Below are positions 1 through 7,504 of a DNA stretch of 19,665 nucleotides, one piece after another (position 1 is the first letter of the stretch; each line of letters opens with the position of its first letter). The position numbers were made by a program, and so were the translations under genes. The notes under the pieces were generated by a model. The model was not told where the DNA came from. It ran no database searches and saw only the letters and a program-made list of their open reading frames with translations. The DNA comes from an uncultured bacterium (GTDB taxonomy: Bacteria; Patescibacteriota; Minisyncoccia; Moranbacterales; GWC2-37-73), in the NCBI GenBank assembly GCA_903866285.1, contig CAIPMZ010000063.1, forward strand, positions 1 through 19,665. The letters run 5' to 3'.

Positions 1-140
1 GTGAACGTATCTTCCGAATCTCCATCTCGAACTTTAATTGGCCTACTGGTGTCTATGACGAATCTGGTCACAGGTTCTGATTCACGCTTCAACTCTGGCA
101 CGTTTTCGTTATTAGGAAAACCCTCAATTTTATGACTCAT
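1..140 (-). CDS. 5' end of an uncharacterised CDS running off the left edge (MSHKIEGFPNNENVPELKRESEPVTRFVIDTSRPIKVRDGDSEDTF...)
   Basis: Own reverse-strand translation: ATG at 138-140, open through position 1 (46 codons). Too short for the supplied ORF track. No recognisable motif. Confidence 0.35.
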   Translation of the reverse strand, partial: MSHKIEGFPNNENVPELKRESEPVTRFVIDTSRPIKVRDGDSEDTF

Positions 141-176
141 ATTTTTGACTTATTTTTTATTTAAAAATTTTTATCC

Positions 177-210
177 ATATTACAATATACTGAAATATTG
201 TAATGGAAAA
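177..210. promoter_or_regulatory. Operator-like palindrome copy 1 (ATTACAATAT-ACTGAA-ATATTGTAAT plus flanks)
   Basis: Perfect 10-bp inverted half-sites with a 6-bp spacer. A 34-nt unit recurs 84 bp away and lies upstream of the minus-strand ATG at 140. Confidence 0.5.
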
Positions 211-260
211 GGGTAGGAAAAATACGTGGTTTAGCGTGTGATAGAAATGAGGCGGGTGGG

Positions 261-294
261 ATATTACAATATACTGAAATATGGTAATGGAAAT
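261..294. promoter_or_regulatory. Operator-like palindrome copy 2 (ATTACAATAT-ACTGAA-ATATGGTAAT)
   Basis: 32/34 identical to 177-210, with one mismatch in the right half-site. Followed by a G-run-rich tract. Confidence 0.5.
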
Positions 295-410
295 AAGCAG
301 GGAAAATGGGAGGATGAGGAGGGTGGGAATTTGGGGGCGAAAAGGTGGGGTGGCTATTGCTAATCGCTAAGGATTATTTTTTGTGAGGATAGTCCTTGAC
401 GGGATTTTAA

Positions 411-800
411 CTATTTTTTTTCTTTAAGTTCCTCTATTTTCTCTTCTATCTTAGCGTCTATGTCATCTTCAATTTCTTCTTTAGATTTTTCTAATTCCTC
501 GACTTTCAATTTTAATTCTTCGATCACCTCCGCGTGCTCGTCAACTACTTGCTCAAGTTCAGTAAAATTATCTGCAGTCTGATTTCCAAATTGCTCCAGC
601 TCATCCTTAAATTTTTCCTCCAGGGATGAAAAATCAAGTTCAAGCCCCTTAATATATTTTAGATCATTCCTGATGACATCGATTTTTGATTTCAAGCCCT
701 TGAATTTTTTGTTTAAGGAAGCAATCTTCGAAAACAGCCAGCCATTAACACCAATAGCGACAAGCAGGGCGACTCCCAAAATTGAAAGGTAGCTCTCCAT
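411..800 (-). CDS. Single-pass membrane-anchored acidic coiled-coil protein, function unknown
   Basis: ATG start. N-terminal hydrophobic helix (LSILGVALLVAIGVNGWLF) followed by heptad-like E/K-rich sequence. Starts 14 nt after the stop of the upstream nuclease gene. Confidence 0.7.
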   Translation of the reverse strand: MESYLSILGVALLVAIGVNGWLFSKIASLNKKFKGLKSKIDVIRNDLKYIKGLELDFSSLEEKFKDELEQFGNQTADNFTELEQVVDEHAEVIEELKLKVEELEKSKEEIEDDIDAKIEEKIEELKEKK

Positions 801-814
801 ATGATTATTTTTTA

Positions 815-1573
815 TTAAGCATTAGTAACTTCATTTACCGCCTCAATATAATTACAATAATCGCATTCCGCTGAGGCATTTGGAACCTGGTCACCCCTTA
901 AACATTCGTGCAGTTCAAGAATAGCTTTTTCAATCCAGGCATCGTCACCTTGATATGGGATGACTTTAACATCAAACTCAAGCTTCCCATCGAAGGCTTC
1001 CTTATCAGCGTCCCCATTACAATAGACAAAATATCCGGTGTCAGCAACCTTGAATCCATTTTTTCGAAAAAGCCATTGATAAATTTCCATCTGCCTTTTA
1101 TACCCAATCTGCCAAGCAGCATCAAGCGAGACCTCCCCACTTTTAGACGTTGCCTTATAGTCAACAATGCTAAGTTCTCCTTCTGGACTAACCCAAACAT
1201 CATCAACGCCGCCCGTAACCAGTAAGTTTGTTTTCTCGTGCAAAAATTGAATTCCCCGCCTGAGCGAATCTCGCCACTCTCCCATTTTTTCATGTTCAAA
1301 AGGCACCGCCACAATCCCATATTTTTCCATCAAGGGGTGAGCGGTTTTTGCAGCCCGATGAAGGTCAAATTCTTTTTTAAGTAGTGCATCCACCGCAGAA
1401 TTAAGATTGAAAGGAAAGCCTGGCGGCCTCCCCACGCCTAAGCGACGATCCAAATAAAAGCATCTTGGACAATTTAAAAATAAATCCACCTTTGAACGGC
1501 TAATCCTAAATGGCTCACCCGAGCCCGGCTCAAAAATATTTCTAGTTCTTTTTGCTTTGTAGTATTCAGACAT
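815..1573 (-). CDS. PD-(D/E)XK nuclease, Cas4/RecB-like with Cys pairs
   Basis: GGVDDVWV ... IVDYKATSK (D...D/E-x-K core), QMEIYQWL (QxxxY). N-terminal CPRC and C-terminal CDYC resemble the Cas4/AddB Fe-S cysteine arrangement. Confidence 0.75.
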   Translation of the reverse strand: MSEYYKAKRTRNIFEPGSGEPFRISRSKVDLFLNCPRCFYLDRRLGVGRPPGFPFNLNSAVDALLKKEFDLHRAAKTAHPLMEKYGIVAVPFEHEKMGEWRDSLRRGIQFLHEKTNLLVTGGVDDVWVSPEGELSIVDYKATSKSGEVSLDAAWQIGYKRQMEIYQWLFRKNGFKVADTGYFVYCNGDADKEAFDGKLEFDVKVIPYQGDDAWIEKAILELHECLRGDQVPNASAECDYCNYIEAVNEVTNA

Positions 1574-1604
1574 AGAATTGTTTTATATTATCCAATTTCT
1601 ACTT

Positions 1605-1625
1605 AGTCGAGGACCGTCCTCGACT
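1605..1625. other. GC-rich 21-bp perfect palindrome AGTCGAGGAC-C-GTCCTCGACT
   Basis: 10-bp arms in an AT-rich spacer between the 136-aa ORF and the nuclease gene. No U-tract on either strand, so not a classical terminator. Confidence 0.5.
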
Positions 1626-1663
1626 GGATTTCAATAAGACTTTCTAATTGAACTTTTTTTCAA

Positions 1664-2074
1664 TTATTTTTCATCATTTTTTTCTTTCAAAAAATTCATT
1701 GTGAACTTATGCATTTTGATTGTGGCTTGCTGAGTAATCGCCAGGACCTTGTGGGCGATTTCAAAAGTTTTGTCATTGACTTTCGAATCTCCCTCTTGCA
1801 TTAACTCTTCCCGATAAGCACAGGAAACATAACCATATCCAATCCCTTGATATTCAGAGTTATCCAGAATCCCCTGAATCATTTTATCTTTTTTGAATTT
1901 TTCAGAATTTTTTTTGATCAATTCAAAAGTGAAAGGATTTAGTTCCGTTTCTACAATCACGAAAATTCGACTCACGAAGTCATCCAAAATACGATTTTCA
2001 ATTTTAAAATTCACTTGAGAATACGGACCACTCTCACCCCATATTTTCTCTTGCTGTTTTTTTGTCAACTTCAT
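1664..2074 (-). CDS. Hypothetical protein (136 aa from ATG; the track's 144-aa version starts at a TTG at 2098)
   Basis: Long ORF co-directional with its neighbours. First ATG (MKLTKKQQEKIWG) is at 2072-2074. No motif recognised. Confidence 0.6.
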   Translation of the reverse strand: MKLTKKQQEKIWGESGPYSQVNFKIENRILDDFVSRIFVIVETELNPFTFELIKKNSEKFKKDKMIQGILDNSEYQGIGYGYVSCAYREELMQEGDSKVNDKTFEIAHKVLAITQQATIKMHKFTMNFLKEKNDEK

Positions 2075-2095
2075 ACAGTTAAAAGCGTTAGTTTC

Positions 2096-2135
2096 CAATT
2101 ATTTTTCATCATTTTTTACTTTCAAAAAATTCATT
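2096..2135 (-). repeat. 40-bp duplicate (39/40) of the 3' end of the 1664-2074 gene (1661-1700), placed just upstream of that gene
   Basis: Both copies read caattatttttcatcatttttt[t/a]ctttcaaaaaattcatt. The upstream copy would encode only MNFLKVKNDEK-stop, preceded by an in-frame stop. Confidence 0.8.
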
Positions 2136-2280
2136 CAACTCGACTTAATCTTATAAAATCATCATTTTCTTCTTTAAATAAGCAATTTGGCAACCTTTAA
2201 GTTTCTCTCAAAACTTATAAGAAAGCTATCTCTCCAAATCCATATCTCAAGCCATTTTTTGCGATTTTCAAAATTTCTTT

Positions 2281-2309
2281 TTGACAAAAAAGAAAAGATG
2301 TGCTATCTT
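2281..2309 (+). promoter_or_regulatory. Sigma70-like promoter, TTGACA-17 nt-TATCTT with TGn extended -10
   Basis: TTGACA at 2281-2286, 17-nt spacer ending in tgc, TATCTT at 2304-2309. Lies on the strand opposite all neighbouring genes. Confidence 0.4.
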
Positions 2310-2315
2310 TCAACA

Positions 2316-2376
2316 TGTAAGCAACAGGCTTACCCCATTTTGATCGATGACCGCCCATAAGGCGGTTTTCTGATTT
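2316..2376 (+). ncRNA. Candidate ~60-nt small RNA between the promoter at 2281 and an intrinsic terminator
   Basis: Promoter-like element followed by hairpin ACCGCC-CATAA-GGCGGT (2350-2366) and TTTCTGATTT. The U-tract exists only in the plus orientation. No usable ORF (ATG-TAA). Confidence 0.3.
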
Positions 2377-2995
2377 ATCGGCGCCAAAATTTGGGCGTAT
2401 ATGAATCTTTCAACCTATATTCAAAATCTTCTGCGAACAAAATATCCTTCAAAATTCCCTCCTTCTTGGCGTCAATAACCTCCCTGCCAATATGATTTCT
2501 GGCTCCAAAAACATAACATTCTTTCCCATATTCCTCGTGCAGATATTTGATTGCATACATCAGGTCGCCATCACCAGAAAAAAGAATAACTGTATCATAG
2601 TTTTCCCTCTCTTTCACCAAATCAATTGCCATTTCAACATCAAGATCGCATTTTTTCTCAAAGCCCGATTTGTTGTTGGAATCATGAATATATTTCACTC
2701 GTTTTGTTATGACCTCAAAATCATTCATATCCGCCCTTTCCAACACAGATCTTGACCAACCAGAAAGACTTTGATTTTTCTCACTTTGACCATAATCACT
2801 ACCATAATAGAATCTTCTCAGAAACTTTTTCTTTTTGGAAAAATTCTTTACCAAATTCCCCAATTCTTTGATGCCAACTTTCCAATCCAAACTGTTTTTC
2901 CATTTTTCCACATTGCCATAATCAACAACCACCAAGGTTCTTTCTTGTTTATCTGAAAATGATTCAACAAATTTTTTAATTTCCTCTTTTGTCAT
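2375..2995 (-). CDS. NYN domain (LabA/DUF88-like, PIN-fold) protein, predicted nuclease
   Basis: LVVVDYGNV, KCDLDVEMAIDLV and ILFSGDGDLMYAI match the conserved Asp-containing NYN motifs. Starts 14 nt after the hsdM stop. Confidence 0.8.
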   Translation of the reverse strand: MTKEEIKKFVESFSDKQERTLVVVDYGNVEKWKNSLDWKVGIKELGNLVKNFSKKKKFLRRFYYGSDYGQSEKNQSLSGWSRSVLERADMNDFEVITKRVKYIHDSNNKSGFEKKCDLDVEMAIDLVKERENYDTVILFSGDGDLMYAIKYLHEEYGKECYVFGARNHIGREVIDAKKEGILKDILFAEDFEYRLKDSYTPKFWRR

Positions 2996-3009
2996 TTTTT
3001 TATAGATTT

Positions 3010-4554
3010 TTATTTCAACAATTCTTTCACATTTTCTTCAATTTGTTTTTCCAACTTGTGCGCTTCACTGTTAAGCTGAAGAAGCTCATCACTCAGTCCT
3101 TTCAATTTTTCACCAAAATCAACACCATCATCAATTTTGTCAGTCACACCAATATATCTTCCCGGATTGAGCGAATAGCCTTGCTCGCGAATTTCAGCAA
3201 TAGTGGCAACTTTGCAAAGGCCTTTGACGTCTTCGTATTTTTCAGCACCTTCTTCACCCCGATATGCTCGGACGATATCAGAAATTTGATGGATTTGATC
3301 GACAGTAAAATCTCGATGAGCACGATCAATTTGATGGAAGATATTTCTTGCATCAATAAATAGTACTTTATCTTTCCGCTGAGTATTCTTTTTGGCTTTG
3401 TCAAAAAACCAAAGCGTGCAAGGAAGTGTCACAGTGAAAAAGAAATTTGTCCCAATGCCAATCATCACATCAACCACATTATCATCCACAAGTTTTTTGC
3501 GGATTTCCATTTCAGTGTTTCTTGCATCACTAGCAGAGTTGGCCATAACAAATCCAGCACGTCCTTGGTCGCTCAGTGCGTTGGCAAAAAGTTCAATCCA
3601 TAAATAGTTCGCATTATCCGAGGCAGGAACGCCTTGAGCAAATCGCGGATCATCTTTGATTTTTTCTTTGTCCACGCCTTTCACATTGAATGGTGGATTT
3701 GCCATCACAAAATCGAATTTTCCTACACTTTTGTGAATGTCCTCATAAAAAGTATTCCCCTGCTTCACATCGCCTGAAAGTCCATGCACTGCTAGATTCA
3801 TTTTGCAAAGTTGCACTGTGTCCAAAGTTTTTTCCTGACCATAGATGGCGATATTCTTCTGGGCGCTATCAGAATTTTTTCTTTTATGTTCTTTGATAAA
3901 ATTGGCGCTCTGCACGAACATGCCGCCACTGCCACAGGCTGGATCATACACTCGGCCACTGAATGGCTCAATCACTTCCACGATAAGTTTAACCAAAGAA
4001 GTTGGAGTGAAAAATTCTCCACCCTTTTGTCCCTCACTCATCGCAAAAGAACTCAAAAAATATTCATAAATTTTTCCAAACATATCCCCCTCCACCTCCA
4101 TTGTAATTTCTGAAAAATTTTTCAGCAGTCCAACCAAAAGATTATCAGAAATTTGCGTATAGGTTTTCGGAAGCACGCCCTTGAGATCAGGATTAAATTC
4201 CTCAATTGATTTCATCGCCTCATTGATTGCTTTTCCAAGATTTTCACTCTCTGGCAAATTGCGCAAATATGAATAGCGTGCATTTTCTGGCAAAAACATC
4301 ACGCCCTTAGCCTGATAGTATTCTGGGCTATTGTTTCTTTCGCGACCAACTGAAGCGCCAGTGTTTTTGATTTTTTCCAAATCTTCATCAATTTTTGAAA
4401 ACTTAAAATCCGCAAAGCGCAAAAATATTAATCCCAAAACAGGCTGAGAATATTCAGCGGCTTTTAGCCCAGAATTTGCCCGCAGTTGATCAGCAGCCTC
4501 CCAAAGTCTTTGCTCTAATGTTTTATTTGTATTTTTTCCGCTTGTTTTTGCCAT
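3010..4554 (-). CDS. hsdM: Type I restriction-modification-type N6-adenine DNA methyltransferase subunit (HsdM)
   Basis: HsdM-type N-terminus ([31 protein letters not shown]), SAM motif [10 protein letters not shown], catalytic NPPF, C-terminal coiled coil. Confidence 0.9.
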   Translation of the reverse strand: MAKTSGKNTNKTLEQRLWEAADQLRANSGLKAAEYSQPVLGLIFLRFADFKFSKIDEDLEKIKNTGASVGRERNNSPEYYQAKGVMFLPENARYSYLRNLPESENLGKAINEAMKSIEEFNPDLKGVLPKTYTQISDNLLVGLLKNFSEITMEVEGDMFGKIYEYFLSSFAMSEGQKGGEFFTPTSLVKLIVEVIEPFSGRVYDPACGSGGMFVQSANFIKEHKRKNSDSAQKNIAIYGQEKTLDTVQLCKMNLAVHGLSGDVKQGNTFYEDIHKSVGKFDFVMANPPFNVKGVDKEKIKDDPRFAQGVPASDNANYLWIELFANALSDQGRAGFVMANSASDARNTEMEIRKKLVDDNVVDVMIGIGTNFFFTVTLPCTLWFFDKAKKNTQRKDKVLFIDARNIFHQIDRAHRDFTVDQIHQISDIVRAYRGEEGAEKYEDVKGLCKVATIAEIREQGYSLNPGRYIGVTDKIDDGVDFGEKLKGLSDELLQLNSEAHKLEKQIEENVKELLK

Positions 4555-4662
4555 AATATTTTTTCCAAAGATAAGTTGTTACGCGTCATGCTACGAACAA
4601 AAGCTATTGCTGCATATCACTATCTTACTCCTATTTCCTCACTTATTCAAGCCTAAATTTAT

Positions 4663-5313
4663 CTATTTTATACTCAAATAAGCCTTTTTTGTCACAATCA
4701 CATGATCAATAACTTCAATCCCTAGGATTTTGCCGGCTTCTTGTAGCCGCTTGGTGATGGCAAGGTCCTCATCGGAGGGATCAGGATTGCCGGAAGGATG
4801 GTTGTGGCAGACGATGATTTGGGCGGCATTGTTTTTGATGGCCGGTTCGAAAACTTCCCGTGGATGCACCAGATTGGCATTGAGCGTGCCAACGGAAATG
4901 ATTTCCCGTTGGATTTCCTGATTGCGCGTGTCCAAAAAGAAAACCACAAAATGCTCTTTCTTGTGATCGCGGATGTCCTTGCAGTTTTCCCAAACATCTT
5001 TCGGCGAAAGAAGCAGTGCTGATTTTTTGTCCTTCAAAATTCTCTTGCCAAATTCCAAACAAGCAATGATTTCGCCAGCTTTGACCTTGCCAAGTCCATG
5101 AATTTCACTCAAATCTTTAATGCCCGCTTCTAGCAATTTTTGATCAGGAAACTTTTTGAGAATTTTTTTGGAAAGTTCAATGACATTGCAATCTTTCGTG
5201 CCAGTGCGCAGTAAAATTGCCAAAAGTTCAGGGCTGGCCAATTTTTCCGGTCCATATTTTTCCAATTTTTCTCTTGGCCTGTCAACTTTTAAAATGTCTT
5301 TTATTTTTGGCAT
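4663..5313 (-). CDS. radC: RadC-family JAB/MPN domain protein
   Basis: N-terminal HhH-like region (LSEIHGLGKVKAGEI) and JAMM motif HNHPSGNPDPSDED. Strong SD (GGGGAGGT) upstream of the ATG. Confidence 0.85.
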   Translation of the reverse strand: MPKIKDILKVDRPREKLEKYGPEKLASPELLAILLRTGTKDCNVIELSKKILKKFPDQKLLEAGIKDLSEIHGLGKVKAGEIIACLEFGKRILKDKKSALLLSPKDVWENCKDIRDHKKEHFVVFFLDTRNQEIQREIISVGTLNANLVHPREVFEPAIKNNAAQIIVCHNHPSGNPDPSDEDLAITKRLQEAGKILGIEVIDHVIVTKKAYLSIK

Positions 5314-5373
5314 AGATTTTTTTACCTCCCCATTTTACTCCCCTCTTTACCCCAAAGCAAGGCATTAAAGTTA

Positions 5374-5412
5374 AAAGCGTGCCCCGTGACGAGAGAAGCG
5401 AGTTTTACGGGG
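5374..5412. repeat. Left copy of a 39-bp perfect inverted repeat (partner 8586-8624), followed by TTATAAAGT-type word repeats
   Basis: aaagcgtgccccgtgacgagagaagcgagttttacgggg is the exact reverse complement of 8586-8624. About 15 more bp of flank match imperfectly. Contains an internal CCCCGT/ACGGGG stem. Confidence 0.9.
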
Positions 5413-5530
5413 TGAATAAGGTTATAAAGTTATAAAGTTCATAACGTAAGATACGGGATGTGGGGATGCGCTTTTATTCACGCTTTTTAATCAATAATAC
5501 TTAGTGAATATTGATAAAATATCAGCTATT

Positions 5531-6574
5531 TTAAGCCCGCGCGTAAATTAAGTAGGCGCCGACTAGGAGCATGATGGTGCCGGCGATGGCGTGAAGGAGC
5601 CGCAGGTTACCTTTGCGCCATTTTTCAAGTTTGCTCATTTTAGTGTTAAAGAAATACATGCCGAACGTAATTAGCAGCATCGGCAAAACAAAGATAAAAT
5701 TATATAAAACCAGCAGGGTTAAAGTTTTCGTCATATTAACTCGCTCGACTAACATGCCTAAAATTACAACGTAAGGACCGCTAGCGCAAGGCACCAGAAA
5801 AAGACTAACTAAAAAGCCAATCCCGAAAGCGCTCCAAGGTCCAGTGGCTTTTCTGATAATCGCTTGCATCTTCGGTCGCCAAGCCATTGGCACTTCCATA
5901 ATAAAAAATTTACCGTACCAAAAAACATCTTTAAAATTAGCCAGCCCAATCAGGATTGCCAAAAAGCCAACGCCTAACGAGAGATAAGTTCCAATATTAA
6001 AAAAGGCAATCGCCCGATAAAGCCCAATTCCCATCAGTAAATAGGAAAGAAAAATTGCCAAAGAAAACATCAAGCCCGATAGCAGCGCTTGGCGCTTGCC
6101 CTTAGCACCGATCACGGTTGCTAGCAGAAGAATCAGCACTGCCAACGCACAAGGATTACTAGCGTCTAAAAAGGCCGCCCCAATTAAAGCTGCGATGGTA
6201 AAACCGCCGACTATGCCGTTTGTTTTTGTTTGAACAGGCTTGGGTGGAAGTTGTTTTTTAAAATAAGCGATGATATTAACATCCCCAGTAAAAGCCTGAC
6301 CATCCACGAAAAGAGCCGGAATCCCAGAATTACCGGCATATTGCTTTTCTTCCAGCATTTTAGCTAATTTTATCTTATTAGCTGGCTCGTCATAATTAAA
6401 TTTCTCAAAGGTATATAGTTCATAGACGCCATTGTCTTCAAAGAACTTTTCCACCTTCTGACAATGGGCGCACCAATCCGCGTAAAATAAAATCGCGCTC
6501 TTTTTCTCCTGCGCCAAGGTCATATTCGGAACCAAGCAAACCAACAAAAATAGCAAAAATAATATCTTTTTCAT
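5531..6574 (-). CDS. Exported thioredoxin/glutaredoxin-fold domain fused to a CcdA/DsbD-type thiol-disulfide transporter
   Basis: Signal peptide and WCAHC (CxxC) domain, followed by a polytopic domain with the two CcdA cysteines (SNPCALAV, VPCASGPY). Confidence 0.8.
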   Translation of the reverse strand: MKKILFLLFLLVCLVPNMTLAQEKKSAILFYADWCAHCQKVEKFFEDNGVYELYTFEKFNYDEPANKIKLAKMLEEKQYAGNSGIPALFVDGQAFTGDVNIIAYFKKQLPPKPVQTKTNGIVGGFTIAALIGAAFLDASNPCALAVLILLLATVIGAKGKRQALLSGLMFSLAIFLSYLLMGIGLYRAIAFFNIGTYLSLGVGFLAILIGLANFKDVFWYGKFFIMEVPMAWRPKMQAIIRKATGPWSAFGIGFLVSLFLVPCASGPYVVILGMLVERVNMTKTLTLLVLYNFIFVLPMLLITFGMYFFNTKMSKLEKWRKGNLRLLHAIAGTIMLLVGAYLIYARA

Positions 6575-6628
6575 AAGTTAATTTTTTAATTTCTAAAAGC
6601 TAAAAAACTAAAGCCTAAAAGCTGCCCT

Positions 6629-7354
6629 TTATTTCCCATGCCTTCTCCCCCGCTGTTTATAATCCTCAATCGCCAGTTCAAATTCCTGGTCGTTAAAATC
6701 GGGATAATATTTTTCCGAAAAGAAAAGCTGAGCGTTAGCTACATCCCACATCATAAAGCCTGCGCTGAGGTGCGGTTCCCCGCCGGTGCGAAGCAGGTAA
6801 TCAACGGCTGGCAAATCCTTCGTCATTAAATATTGTTTAACCGTTTCTTTCGTAATCGCCTCAGCCGCTAAACCGTCCTTCGCCATCCTTTTAATTGCTT
6901 CCAGCATTTCATCATCGCCGCTATACGCCACGAAAAAATTCAGGATATGTTTAGAATAATTTTTGGTAACCTCCAAACCTTCGCGCATAATTTTTTTCAG
7001 TGACTCCGGAAATTGCTCTTCCCACCTGCCAATGAAGTTTATCTTGACTTCGTTATCATGAATATCCGCGCTTTTAATTAGCTTAGCAAAATACTGCTCA
7101 TAAATTCGCAGTAGTTCTTTTTTCTCCAGTAGCGGACGCTTCGTCAAATTTTCTACCGAAGAACCCCAAAGCGAGACGCATTTAATCCCCATCGCTAAAG
7201 CTTTTCGCAACAGCTTTTCCGTATTTTGCGCGCCAGCCTCATGCCCTTGCCAAGGCGCTAGGCCTCTTTCTTTCGCCCAACGCCTATTTCCATCCGGCAC
7301 GATAGCGATATGATTTGGCAAACCATTATTAATATTGTTATTTTGTAACATCAT
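6629..7354 (-). CDS. uppS: cis-prenyltransferase, undecaprenyl diphosphate synthase family
   Basis: IAIVPDGNRRWA and RTGGE..LS.F..W motifs. The track start at 7360 is TTG; the first ATG is at 7352-7354. Confidence 0.88.
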   Translation of the reverse strand: MMLQNNNINNGLPNHIAIVPDGNRRWAKERGLAPWQGHEAGAQNTEKLLRKALAMGIKCVSLWGSSVENLTKRPLLEKKELLRIYEQYFAKLIKSADIHDNEVKINFIGRWEEQFPESLKKIMREGLEVTKNYSKHILNFFVAYSGDDEMLEAIKRMAKDGLAAEAITKETVKQYLMTKDLPAVDYLLRTGGEPHLSAGFMMWDVANAQLFFSEKYYPDFNDQEFELAIEDYKQRGRRHGK

Positions 7355-7504
7355 GTTCAATTTAACAGTTTAAAAAATATCCCTTAAATTTCTAATATCT
7401 AATTTCCAATATCTAATAAAAAATATATGCAAAGACATTTAAAAAAAAGAATTAGATATTAGACATTAGACATTTGTAATTAAGTTTTAAAAGCAATCTT
7501 ACTT

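Noticed and set aside
247-363. 38-aa Gly-rich plus-strand mini-ORF (MRRVGYYNILKYGNG...) covering palindrome copy 2 and the G-run tract
   Set aside because: No ribosome-binding site. The equivalent frame over copy 1 has no ATG and stops early. The DNA-level palindrome explains the conservation better.
898-1320. ORFs 898-1320 (-) and 908-1225 (+) overlapping the PD-(D/E)XK nuclease gene
   Set aside because: Out-of-frame or antisense shadow ORFs inside a longer ORF with clear nuclease motifs. Their translations are low-complexity and have no motifs.
2492-4113. Several plus-strand ORFs (2492-2755, 2771-2956, 2989-3363, 3392-3607, 3690-4113) antisense to the NYN and hsdM genes
   Set aside because: Typical antisense ORFs of AT-rich coding DNA (Phe/Ile/Lys-rich). 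The opposite-strand genes have strong family motifs.
4722-5368. Overlapping ORFs on both strands within radC
   Set aside because: Alternative frames of a gene with a clear JAMM motif. No independent start signals.
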